DNA from: an uncultured Magnetococcales bacterium | GTDB taxonomy: Bacteria > Pseudomonadota > Alphaproteobacteria > UBA2136 > JAPKEQ01 | DNA: 64,000 nt | Assembly (NCBI GenBank): GCA_964015495.1 | Contig: CAXHDG010000006.1 | Location: forward strand, 27,566-91,565 | Direction: 5' to 3' | The notes under the pieces: model-generated | Told to the model about the DNA's origin: nothing | The model's database searches: none | The model's input: only the letters and a program-made list of their open reading frames with translations | Program-made: the position numbers and the translations under genes | In this document: one piece after another, positions 42,801 through 50,731 of the stretch | How positions within the stretch are numbered: the first letter of the stretch is position 1 | Layout of the letters: every line of letters starts with the position of its first letter

Positions 42801-43045
42801 GGATAAGTCAGCTGGTCTTCCACCACCTGAGGCGCTTGCCCGGGGTAGTCGGTTCTGATAATAACCTGGGTATCAGATAAATCTGGGATGGCATCAAGTG
42901 GCGTACGCATTGCAGAAAGAGCACCGAGCAAGAGCAGCAATACAGCCCCAAGCAGTACAAAGAATTTATGAGCGACAGACCAGTCAATGACGCGGGTCAC
43001 GAAGGTTTCTTTTTCGCCTTTATAAAGTGGATTAGTGTTCAGCAT
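39893..43045 (-). CDS. Heavy-metal efflux RND transporter, CusA/CzcA family
   Basis: About 1050 aa and 12 TM with RND architecture. The MLNTNPLYKGEKETF start at 43045 overlaps the adaptor gene stop by 14 nt. Confidence 0.85.
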   Translation of the reverse strand: MLNTNPLYKGEKETFVTRVIDWSVAHKFFVLLGAVLLLLLGALSAMRTPLDAIPDLSDTQVIIRTDYPGQAPQVVEDQLTYPLASQMLGLPHTKVVRGYSMFGTSFVYVIFEDKIDMYWARSRVLEALSQVQNKLPEGISAQLGPDATGVGWVFQYALVDTSGKHDLANLRSLQDWFLKFELLTVDGVAEVASIGGFVKEYQILVDPNRLRAFNIHLTQVSKAVSEANAEVGGRTMELAESEFMIRSRGYVSALKDLKETVVGSRNGVPVLLTDIATVQEGPAQRRGVAEYDGEGETVGGIVVMRPGANALTVIEDVKTRLEELRSGLPEGVDVKVVYDRSKLINGSIEYLRNKLLEESLMVALVCFIFLLHVRSALVAIITLPLGILGAFLLMYAQGITANIMSLGGIAIAVGAMVDASIVMVENAHRRLAAFKGTPSKKQHRDIVLSAAKEVGPGLFFSLLIITVSFLPVFALTGQSEKLFTPLAYTKTYAMAWAAVLSITLVPVLMVWLMKGTVKSEGENPINRFFVRLYKPVLKKALQKPMATLIFACVLGASTLWPTLKTGHEFMPPLYEGDLLYMPMTLPGVTPSQTRQILQTSNKMIKEFPEVKHVFGKAGRADTATDPAPLSMIETWIELKPIDKWRAGMTPEKLMAEMNEKVRLPGMMNSWGYPIKTRLDMLTTGIRTPVGIKISGPNLKGIDKIAKDVERLAKGVSGTRSAIADRVQGGKYIDIVPNRRALARYGIEIGTVQKIIQTALGGVKLTEAIEGRERYAIMVRYDRPFREDITDLENVLVPAPSGAHITLAELANISFVEGPPLIKSENARLSGWVFVDIEGRDILGYIDDMRAALTQGLKLPSGYSISFSGQFEQMQEANKRFSFAIPAALLIIITLLYMHFGRWDRTCLIMLAVPFGLVGGFWGVYLAGYNISVAVAVGFIALAGIAVETAIVMLIYIDQQVSLKKPKTYTALLEAITQGAVLRMRPKLMTVSTIVFGLLPVFFTNGPGADVMRRIALPMVSGMFSTLILTLILIPVVYALYMRKALRLGKG

Positions 43046-44111
43046 GACCGCTCTCCTCCATGCTACCAAAGCCGCTTCTCAGGTTTGTTTCAGCATCCAG
43101 TAAAAACTGTCCAGAGGTCACAATTTCTTGTCCTTTTTTAAGGCCAGATACCACCTCAATAAAGTTATCAGATTTTGCGCCCGTGGTTACCATTTTGCTT
43201 TTAAAGCGTCCATTTCCAAACCAAAGCAGCACATAGCTACCCATACTGCTGCGCAAAATCGCTTCATGGGGCACAGCGAGACGCTGGCGTTTTTCAGCAC
43301 TAAATATTACATCCACAAAACTATCAGGTTTAAGTTCACCCTTAGGGTTTTCAAGCTCGATTCTTACCTGCCCTGTGCGGGTAACAGGGTCAACACTTGG
43401 GTGAATAAAGTTTACGATGCCAACGCGATTTTTGCCAATTTCTGGCAAAGAAATACGAACCTTATCGCCTTTTTTTAAACTTAAAATATCGCGCTCTGGC
43501 ACATCTGCCTCAACCCAAACCATGCTTAAATCCTGCACAGAGAGCAGCGGCATCCCTGGCTTTACATATTCACCACTACGGATATGAAGCTGCGTTATAA
43601 AACCTGATGCAGGCGCATGAAATGGCACTGCGGTTAAAGGCTCTTTTAAAGAACTTATAAGCTTTAAAGCGCGCGCATCTACGCCAAGTTGTTTTAGGCG
43701 TCTAAAGGCTGCTTCTTCAATGCCTTTATTACCAAGTTTTTTAGCTGTTATATAATCTGTTTGTGCGCTAATAAGCTCTGGGCTATTAAGCGTAAAAACC
43801 TGTTGCCCTTTATTAACAATATCCCCAATTGCGCTGGCGTTAAGCTCTTCAACCCACCCCCCAAGTCGCAAAGTTAGCTTGCTCTCAACCCTTGTGCTTG
43901 GTACCACACGGCCGTAAGCACGAATATCATTGCCGAACACTTCAAACTGTACCTGCGCTGTTTTTATGCCAATGGTTTGCACCAAAGATGGATCAATAAA
44001 CATGGCATTTTCTATATCATGCGTAGCAGCGTCTTGCTTTTTCATGGGCGTAAGAGCCATACCGCAAATGGGGCAGCTATCCCCCTTCTCTCCATGAATA
44101 TGGGGGTGCAT
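43032..44111 (-). CDS. RND periplasmic adaptor (CusB/CzcB-like), 5'-truncated by an in-frame TAA
   Basis: HlyD/MFP-like body. The N-terminal HPHIHGEKGDSCPICGMAL is the second half of a CPMHP...CP-CGM heavy-metal-binding domain, whose first residues lie upstream of the annotated ATG. Confidence 0.75.
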   Translation of the reverse strand: MHPHIHGEKGDSCPICGMALTPMKKQDAATHDIENAMFIDPSLVQTIGIKTAQVQFEVFGNDIRAYGRVVPSTRVESKLTLRLGGWVEELNASAIGDIVNKGQQVFTLNSPELISAQTDYITAKKLGNKGIEEAAFRRLKQLGVDARALKLISSLKEPLTAVPFHAPASGFITQLHIRSGEYVKPGMPLLSVQDLSMVWVEADVPERDILSLKKGDKVRISLPEIGKNRVGIVNFIHPSVDPVTRTGQVRIELENPKGELKPDSFVDVIFSAEKRQRLAVPHEAILRSSMGSYVLLWFGNGRFKSKMVTTGAKSDNFIEVVSGLKKGQEIVTSGQFLLDAETNLRSGFGSMEESGHAEH

Positions 44112-44126
44112 TGGGCATATATAGCT

Positions 44127-44234
44127 TTACGTTTTTTCGTCTTGCAAATTGTGGTGGCGAGACGCCTCAGAAAATGCAAGGTTCCCTCTCGCAGCCAGAA
44201 GGCTTAAAACAATAAATAAGAATGTATATTTCAT
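44127..44234 (-). other. Orphan 35-codon ORF encoding the adaptor signal peptide, in frame with 43032-44111 but cut off by TAA (44127-44129)
   Basis: The hand translation reads MKYTFLFIVLSLLAARGNLAFSEASRHHNLQDEKT-stop-SYICPMHPHIHGE. Confidence 0.7.
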
Positions 44235-44240
44235 AATGGT

Positions 44241-45486
44241 TTATTCTCCTGTTTGAGATGCCTGCTGCGGCATTTTTTGAAAAGCTGATTGATACTGACT
44301 GACGCGGGAAATGTACTCTGCCTCAAGCTCTGCCAGTTCCATTTTTAATGCGATCAAATCTCTCTTTGCCGTAATGAGTCGGTTAAGCTCTCCGCCAGAC
44401 TCGTAAGCACTTTGAAGGCTTGAAACTTGTGTTTGAATAGAAGATTTTTTTACGCTCAAGCGCTTCTTTTGTTAGGACGGTCTGCTTGATGTAGGCACGC
44501 ATCGTTTGCATTTTTTTTTGCCAAACACTTTGCGTATCCCTCAGCTGAGCCTCTGCCTGTTTAACAGCTGCACTTGCCGCGCTCAGTTTTGGTTTTTGCG
44601 AGTTTTTAGCCCAAATGGGCAATGTAAACCCAACCTTGGCTGATACAAAATCACCGCCATCAAAATTGCCAGAATTTTCTCTTTGTGCATAAGTTAGCCC
44701 CATTTTATAACTTGGGGAAAAAGCACTTTTTGCACCGCGCTGATTTGCGCGTGCCACTTGTACATTTTTCTCTGCCATAAGCACCATATAAAGAGGAATA
44801 TCTGAAGGCCATGGATGAGCTATAAGCTTTGGCATTTTTATAGAATAGTTAGTACCAACAAGTCTTTTAAGCTCTGCATCAGATTCTGCTTTTTCCGCAT
44901 CTAAAAATGCATATACCACTTGAATTTGTGCAAGTTCTGCATCCACACGGCTACTCTCGTCTAATACACTTTCTCCAGATTCAAGACGTCCCCTCCAAAA
45001 AGCTGCTTCTTGTTGTAGAAGCTTTTTACCTTCTTGAACCAACTTAAGCTGAGCATCAATACGTCTTTGCTTTGAGATTGCAATATTCAACTGAGAGATA
45101 AGTTGCGCATATATATAGCTAGCAGAAATATTTGCCTGTGCAGCAAGCACTTCTTTTACTTCAACAGAAGATGCTCTCACGCCGAAATTTGGAATACTTT
45201 GACTCAATTCAATAGACTTACTACTCATAGCAAAGCGATCAAATCCGCCACTGCCATCTGCTGGATAATTATTTAAACCAAGCGTAACCATAGGGTCTGG
45301 CAGGGCACCTGCACCAAGAGCAGCATGCTTATATGAGAGCACGCCCTCCCTTGCAGCTTCTAGTGATGGGTGTGCGTTTAAGCGGGCAACAGCAGCCTCA
45401 TAGCTCAGCGTTTGTTTTTCTGTTTTTTCTTGTGCTTGCGCCGTAAAGGTTATCACTGCGAGCGCTAAAAATATGTAATGTTTCAT
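44241..45486 (-). pseudogene. Outer-membrane efflux factor (CzcC/CusC/TolC family) with a +1 frameshift in an A7 run
   Basis: ORFs 44383-45486 and 44241-44459 are the consecutive N- and C-terminal parts. Removing one A from the run at 44445-44451 gives one 414-codon ORF. Confidence 0.7.
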
Positions 45487-45571
45487 AGGTCTTTATCTTA
45501 TCTGTTATTGCAGCCTATATAGGCCAATAGATGCCAAAGATATTTTTGGCGAATGTAAGTAAAGATAAAAG

Positions 45572-45970
45572 TTAAATGCGGAAACGCTGCGTGGTACGCA
45601 GAAGAGAGAGTAACGTGCGTTGTTTATCGCTATGAATGATGGGCGGTGCACGAGCACCCTTGTGCGTAAGACCCTCTTGCATAACAAGGCTTGTCGTATA
45701 AAGCGCGTCCATACCAGTATCTAGCTGAGGCAGTTTAAACGTAGGATTATCAGATAAAGCCATGCCATCTACATCGAAGCAATCTGCAACAGACATCACC
45801 CCATCACAAGGTTTAGAAAATTCTACCTTTGCCATGTTTTGATGGTTTGGACAAGGCATCTCCATTTGCGAAGAAGGCGCGCTCATATCCATAGAGCAAG
45901 GCACAGCCTGCGCCATCACAGGGGATACCAGTGTCATTAGAATAAAAATATTTTTTAGCCATTGCTTCAT
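45572..45970 (-). CDS. Small periplasmic Met/Cys/His-containing protein at the head of the efflux operon (CzcI-like position)
   Basis: Signal peptide ending VMAQA, then CSMDMSAPSSQMEMPCPNHQNM. The function is inferred from position only. Confidence 0.4.
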   Translation of the reverse strand: MKQWLKNIFILMTLVSPVMAQAVPCSMDMSAPSSQMEMPCPNHQNMAKVEFSKPCDGVMSVADCFDVDGMALSDNPTFKLPQLDTGMDALYTTSLVMQEGLTHKGARAPPIIHSDKQRTLLSLLRTTQRFRI

Positions 45971-46021
45971 ATCTTTATTATGAGGCGCTATACAAATCCC
46001 TACAAGTTTTATTTACAGACG

Positions 46022-46050
46022 TAAAAAAGCCCGCTTTCGCGGGCTTTAAA
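46022..46050 (-). terminator. Rho-independent terminator
   Basis: Stem AGCCCGC/GCGGGCT with a T-run on the minus strand. Confidence 0.7.
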
Positions 46051-46069
46051 AATCGCTTTAAGGTATGCA

Positions 46070-46333
46070 TTACCAGTCACAACGCCACCAGCTACTGCGC
46101 GTATTGTAGATATTAAACCAATACGTGTAACCAGGAGGTACACTAGCATTGCTCCAAACCCCGTTGCTACCACGAATCCTGCAATACAGGGTAGTGTAGC
46201 CATCGTTATAAATATGCAAACGGTGATTACCCCAACCATCTGAAGTATACCAGCTCTGTGCCGCAGTAGCAGGAACAGCACTGACAGCAAGCGTAAGTGA
46301 AACCAAAATAGCCATCGAAATTTTCTTAAGCAT
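46070..46333 (-). CDS. Small secreted aromatic-rich protein (~87 aa precursor)
   Basis: The MLKKISMAILVSLTLAVSAVPATAAQ signal has a GAGGAG RBS 7 nt upstream. The mature part is rich in W/Y/N and has two Cys. Confidence 0.5.
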   Translation of the reverse strand: MLKKISMAILVSLTLAVSAVPATAAQSWYTSDGWGNHRLHIYNDGYTTLYCRIRGSNGVWSNASVPPGYTYWFNIYNTRSSWWRCDW

Positions 46334-46567
46334 ATGAATGCTCCTCAAGAAAGAGAAAAAAGGTAGATATAAGATATGTCTAACTTATCGACTCGCGGAC
46401 AATACGCAAACACACCTAAAAATGCAATAGATAAAACACGTTTATTGGAAAGTTAATCCATAACAGATTATATAAAATATCACTTAAATTTAATGGACAC
46501 AAACTACCACAAAAGCTTTTTTACAAAAGAATAATTGAACTCTACTGGATGATAAAAAATAAATAAA

Positions 46568-46590
46568 TGGTGCGTCGAAAGGACTCGAAC
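46568..46590. repeat. Direct repeat of the tRNA-Leu 3' end (distal att-like boundary of the island)
   Basis: TGGTGCGTCGAAAGGACTCGAAC matches TGGTGCCGTCGAAAGGACTCGAAC at 61559-61582, with a single 1-nt gap. Confidence 0.75.
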
Positions 46591-46674
46591 ACAGGGCCTA
46601 ATTCACTGTTATTTAATCGATTCAAACATCACACAGACGAATAGCACCCCCAAACACACCCCTAAAGGTCTGCT

Positions 46675-49600
46675 CTATCCGACTACTTTCTCATATATAT
46701 GATTTTTAGCGTCTATATACTGATCATAAAAATGCTCAAATAAAGAGGCACACTTTGACATAAAAATATGCTCATCATAGGCATCAGGAAGTTTACTGTC
46801 GCAGATTTCCTCGATAGTATCTCTAACTTTAGCTCTGGAAGATTGTTTCTTCCTCCAGTCATAGACTAACTTTTCCGCTTTGAGCGTCTCTAATAACTCT
46901 TTTGCTGTCTCCTTAACCACCTCGATATCCTTTTTAGACATCTTTGGTTCAGGCTTGGTTAATATATCAAAAAGAACTAATTCTTCCTCAGTTAGGTTTT
47001 CTTTAATGTGCCTATGTTCTTCTGCATCAAGATCTCTTGAGAATTTTACAAGTTCAAGAAATATTTTTTCTAGGTCAATATTACCAGAGTTATAGTCTGC
47101 TATAAGATTTTCAAATCTTTCAAGGTAGCTTTTTCTGTGTTTATTCGCCTCTAGCATGCTTGATAACCTTTTTCCTAGCGAGCTCTTGAGGCTTTCTAAT
47201 AGAGTTCTTTGATTTTCTTTATTGAAGAAGCGCTCTTGCAGTTCCTCAAAATCAATTTTAGCAAGATTGAATGGTGTTGTACCTGTGATTTGGTAGCTAT
47301 CGAGACTAACTGACTCATTGAGCAGCGTTTCCACCCTTTCAGCAAGACCTTCTATTTGCTGTTTGTTAATAGGGGTTTTTGTTATTTCGTATACCTTAGC
47401 TGTTAAGATCGTAACGATCAGGCTTTGCTTTAGGTAGCTTTCGGCTCTAACATCAGGCAATACGGCCTTGAGGGATTTTTGTAGGTGTGAGGTTAATTCT
47501 AAAAACTTCTGTTTTGAATCTTCAGTGTGCAAAATTCGATCAACTGCATCATCAGTCATTTGAATTTTTACAAAGTTATCTTTTTCTACATAAATTTCTT
47601 GAGTACTAATAGATTGCTTAGATAAGTATTCATCCATTTTTTTCGATGATTGACTAAGCATAGTAACAAGTGCCTCTTTATCTTCAACAGGACTGTGTTC
47701 TCCCTCACCACCATTACTAGGGTTGCCATATATGGCTAGTGCTTTTTGTAGAGATTTAAAAATACCTATATAGTCAACAATGATCCCACTAGGCTTCTCA
47801 CCCCATACCCTGTTCGCTCGTGCAATTGTTTGCATAAGCGTATGGTCTTTTAGGATTTTATCGAGATATAGAGTAGAAATTGCGGGAGCATCAAAACCTG
47901 TAATCCACATTGCACATACAAATACAATTCTTAGTGGATCTTCTGGCTTTTTAAACTTAACATCAAGCTCTTCTTTATTGCTTCTTTCCCTATGAGGCTT
48001 AATATCTACGCCTTTTTTCTTAAGCGTTTCTATTTCATTTTGAGCAGAAGAAACAATAACAGCCATGTCTGTTTCTTCCATATATCGTACTTTATCCTCG
48101 ATAGAGGCTTTAATACTTGGGCTACAAGATAAAAGCTGTTTCTTTAAACCATCGATATAAGCTTGCCAATGCAATTTGACTTTATCATGCATTTTAATGG
48201 CTGTGGCTTTATCAATCGCTACATACATAGCCTTGCCCATAAACCCGCGATTCATAAAATGGTCAACTACATCTTTAGCAATGCTGTCTAATCTATGATC
48301 CCTGGTTATTAACTGGTATGTTGAGGCATATTCTTTTTCAAAACGCTCCTCTTCTTCGTCTGTTAAGCCTGCTTCAGAGATAATTTCTTTGATATCTTCT
48401 TCAAGATTGTCATTGATAATTTGGAGGTCTGGTCTACGATTTTCATAAAATAGCTCAACCGTGGCTTTATCCTCTACAGACTCTGCATAGTTATAGGTAC
48501 TAATATAATCTCCAAATACCTCCTTAGTGCGCTCATCACCTCTCATGAGAGGCGTACCAGTAAATGCTAGAAAAGATGCGTTAGGAAGGGCTTTACGCAT
48601 GTTCATTGCCAGGACATTATATTGACTACGGTGTGCTTCATCTGTGATGACAATAATATCACCTCGATCGGAAAGCATTTCGTACTCCTGACCTTTTTCC
48701 TCTGTACCAAATTTTTGAATCATTGTGAATACGTTGCGGTGATCTTCAGTCAAAAGCTTTTTCAAATCAGCTCTATTTTTAGCTCTAACACCTTTTTCTG
48801 TAACGGCACCTGAATTAACAAAATTTTTATAAATTTGGCTATCTAAATCTTCTCGATCAGTGACGATGAGAAACGTCCAATTCCCTGGAATTTTGCGAAG
48901 AATTTTTTGAGTTAAAAAGACCATGGAGAAGCTTTTACCACTTCCTTGAGTATGCCAGAACACGCCAAGCTTTCCATGCTTATTGTCTTTATCTTTAACG
49001 CTTCCAACAGCATCGTTAACTCCGAGAAATTGGTGATTTTTAGCTAAAATCTTTGCTGTACCACCCTTACTGTCCATATATAGGATAAAGTTTTCTATAA
49101 GGTCTAAAAGGTTCCCTTTCTCTAAAGCACCTTTAATCACTGTATCAAGTGAGATAAGGCCCTGCTCACCATCAGAGTTGATTTTTTTCCAATCTGCAAA
49201 GTGCTCCCAAGCGGATGTAATTGTTCCCAGCCTGCTTTCTGTGCCATTAGAGACAACAATAAAAGCGTTATGCCAAAAAGCTTGTGGGATAGCTTCCTTG
49301 TAATGCGTGATGTTGTCTTTGTAGGCATTTATAAGCTGCTTATGCGATGCCTTGAGTTCAATAAAGATAAGAGGAAGCCCGTTAATGAAAATAACCAAAT
49401 CTGCCCTGCAGTTATACATTTCGCCAGATATTTTGAACTGTCGCACAACAAGGAAATCATTATTATCTGGATTTTTCCAGTCAATTACGTTCACAACATC
49501 CTCTGTTTCGATGCCATTTTCATCTTTATAGGAAACAGTAATTCCATCTTTAATAAGCTTGTAGAGCTCTTTGTTTGCTGTAACAGGGTTAAGTGTGCTT

Positions 49601-49842
49601 TTCCCTTCGGAAAGGGCATAAATGGCTGAATCAATCGCCTCAATTGGAATATCAGGATTAATACTGGTTAAAGCATTACGTAACCTAGCAGGTAACACAA
49701 CTTCAGAAGGTATATTACGCTCAAAAAGAGATCCCTCGCCATACGTCTCACTGTTTGCATTCTCAGACGCATAACCCAGCTCTTCAAGCCGCTGTATCAC
49801 AGCAAGCTCTAGCGATTCTTCTGAAAAGTCATTTCTCGTCAT
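46675..49842 (-). CDS. hsdR: Type I restriction enzyme, R subunit
   Basis: 1055 aa with Walker A TQGSGKS and the DEAH box ITDEAHRSQ, in an operon with hsdM/hsdS. Confidence 0.9.
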   Translation of the reverse strand: MTRNDFSEESLELAVIQRLEELGYASENANSETYGEGSLFERNIPSEVVLPARLRNALTSINPDIPIEAIDSAIYALSEGKSTLNPVTANKELYKLIKDGITVSYKDENGIETEDVVNVIDWKNPDNNDFLVVRQFKISGEMYNCRADLVIFINGLPLIFIELKASHKQLINAYKDNITHYKEAIPQAFWHNAFIVVSNGTESRLGTITSAWEHFADWKKINSDGEQGLISLDTVIKGALEKGNLLDLIENFILYMDSKGGTAKILAKNHQFLGVNDAVGSVKDKDNKHGKLGVFWHTQGSGKSFSMVFLTQKILRKIPGNWTFLIVTDREDLDSQIYKNFVNSGAVTEKGVRAKNRADLKKLLTEDHRNVFTMIQKFGTEEKGQEYEMLSDRGDIIVITDEAHRSQYNVLAMNMRKALPNASFLAFTGTPLMRGDERTKEVFGDYISTYNYAESVEDKATVELFYENRRPDLQIINDNLEEDIKEIISEAGLTDEEEERFEKEYASTYQLITRDHRLDSIAKDVVDHFMNRGFMGKAMYVAIDKATAIKMHDKVKLHWQAYIDGLKKQLLSCSPSIKASIEDKVRYMEETDMAVIVSSAQNEIETLKKKGVDIKPHRERSNKEELDVKFKKPEDPLRIVFVCAMWITGFDAPAISTLYLDKILKDHTLMQTIARANRVWGEKPSGIIVDYIGIFKSLQKALAIYGNPSNGGEGEHSPVEDKEALVTMLSQSSKKMDEYLSKQSISTQEIYVEKDNFVKIQMTDDAVDRILHTEDSKQKFLELTSHLQKSLKAVLPDVRAESYLKQSLIVTILTAKVYEITKTPINKQQIEGLAERVETLLNESVSLDSYQITGTTPFNLAKIDFEELQERFFNKENQRTLLESLKSSLGKRLSSMLEANKHRKSYLERFENLIADYNSGNIDLEKIFLELVKFSRDLDAEEHRHIKENLTEEELVLFDILTKPEPKMSKKDIEVVKETAKELLETLKAEKLVYDWRKKQSSRAKVRDTIEEICDSKLPDAYDEHIFMSKCASLFEHFYDQYIDAKNHIYEKVVG

Positions 49843-49858
49843 AATTGATTACCTGTTG

Positions 49859-50731
49859 CTAAGTTCTATCTTCAAAGTAGTGCGTCACGATAAAATTTGC
49901 TAGTGTTTTTGATGTATTTACCGCCAGCAATGCATCTTTCTGCGTCGGTTCAAAAGTAATATTGTGTGAATCGCTCATACCGTGCCTTAAGAGGTTCATA
50001 CCTTGGCCCAGAGTATTAAACCCTTCTTCTAGCTTCTCATACCCCTTCTTAATCTTTAAGTCGAACCCATTAGGTAGCTTTAAAACGTCTAGAACTGTTT
50101 TGAGAAGCTTATCAAAATCCCCTCCATATCTCCCCCTTCTACCAGAGGGAATTTTATCGATTTGGATTTCTCTGAGAATCTGCTCTAGAAGTGAACGAGA
50201 ACTTGTAATGGCTCCTGAATAATCCCCCTCTAATATCCTGCCAACACATTTTTTATTATGTTCAGCAATCAGGTGATGCTGACCTTGCAAGTTCTCAGCA
50301 AAAAGACAATCATAGCTCACTAAACAATCTAGTAATGAATGTATTGAGTAACGTTCTAACGCTTCTACATAGATGATTTCATAATCATCCTCTATAAATG
50401 ATTCATTGATTTTAGCAACCAACTCTTCAGCAAGGTCTGAACAGACTAATATTGAGAGAAAATTTTCGGTAAAAACCCTTAATTCTCCAGTTCCATTCAA
50501 CTCAGATATCTTTAGCTTTGCATAACTGTTTATCTTGAAGTGTTTATTCGCATATAGTTGACTATTTTTTACCTCATCTACGCCTTCAAAAGCTTTGTCA
50601 TAGGTTTCAACCCTAACAGAAGTGCCATTTAAATACTGCTCAAACCCTTTTTTGGTTACATCAAGGCCAAAGCCTTCATCAGTCGTTAAGATTTTTGAAA
50701 GCCTATCAATGGATGCGTAACCTAATAGCAT
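49859..50731 (-). CDS. Abi_C (abortive infection C-terminus) domain protein embedded in the R-M operon
   Basis: The C-terminal half, EGDYSGAITSSRSLLEQILREI...LLRHGMSDSH...ALLAVNTSKTLANFIV, follows the Abi_C consensus pattern. Confidence 0.55.
   Translation of the reverse strand: MLLGYASIDRLSKILTTDEGFGLDVTKKGFEQYLNGTSVRVETYDKAFEGVDEVKNSQLYANKHFKINSYAKLKISELNGTGELRVFTENFLSILVCSDLAEELVAKINESFIEDDYEIIYVEALERYSIHSLLDCLVSYDCLFAENLQGQHHLIAEHNKKCVGRILEGDYSGAITSSRSLLEQILREIQIDKIPSGRRGRYGGDFDKLLKTVLDVLKLPNGFDLKIKKGYEKLEEGFNTLGQGMNLLRHGMSDSHNITFEPTQKDALLAVNTSKTLANFIVTHYFEDRT

Noticed and set aside
44127-44129. Programmed recoding (Sec/Pyl or readthrough) at the in-frame stop in the adaptor gene.
   Set aside because: The codon is TAA, which is not used for Sec (TGA) or Pyl (TAG), and no recoding element is visible. 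A mutation or a base-call error is simpler.
46009-46290. An alternative 93-aa minus-strand ORF overlapping the small secreted protein gene.
   Set aside because: It has no RBS and runs through the terminator hairpin. The other frame (46070-46333) has a GAGGAG RBS and a canonical signal peptide.
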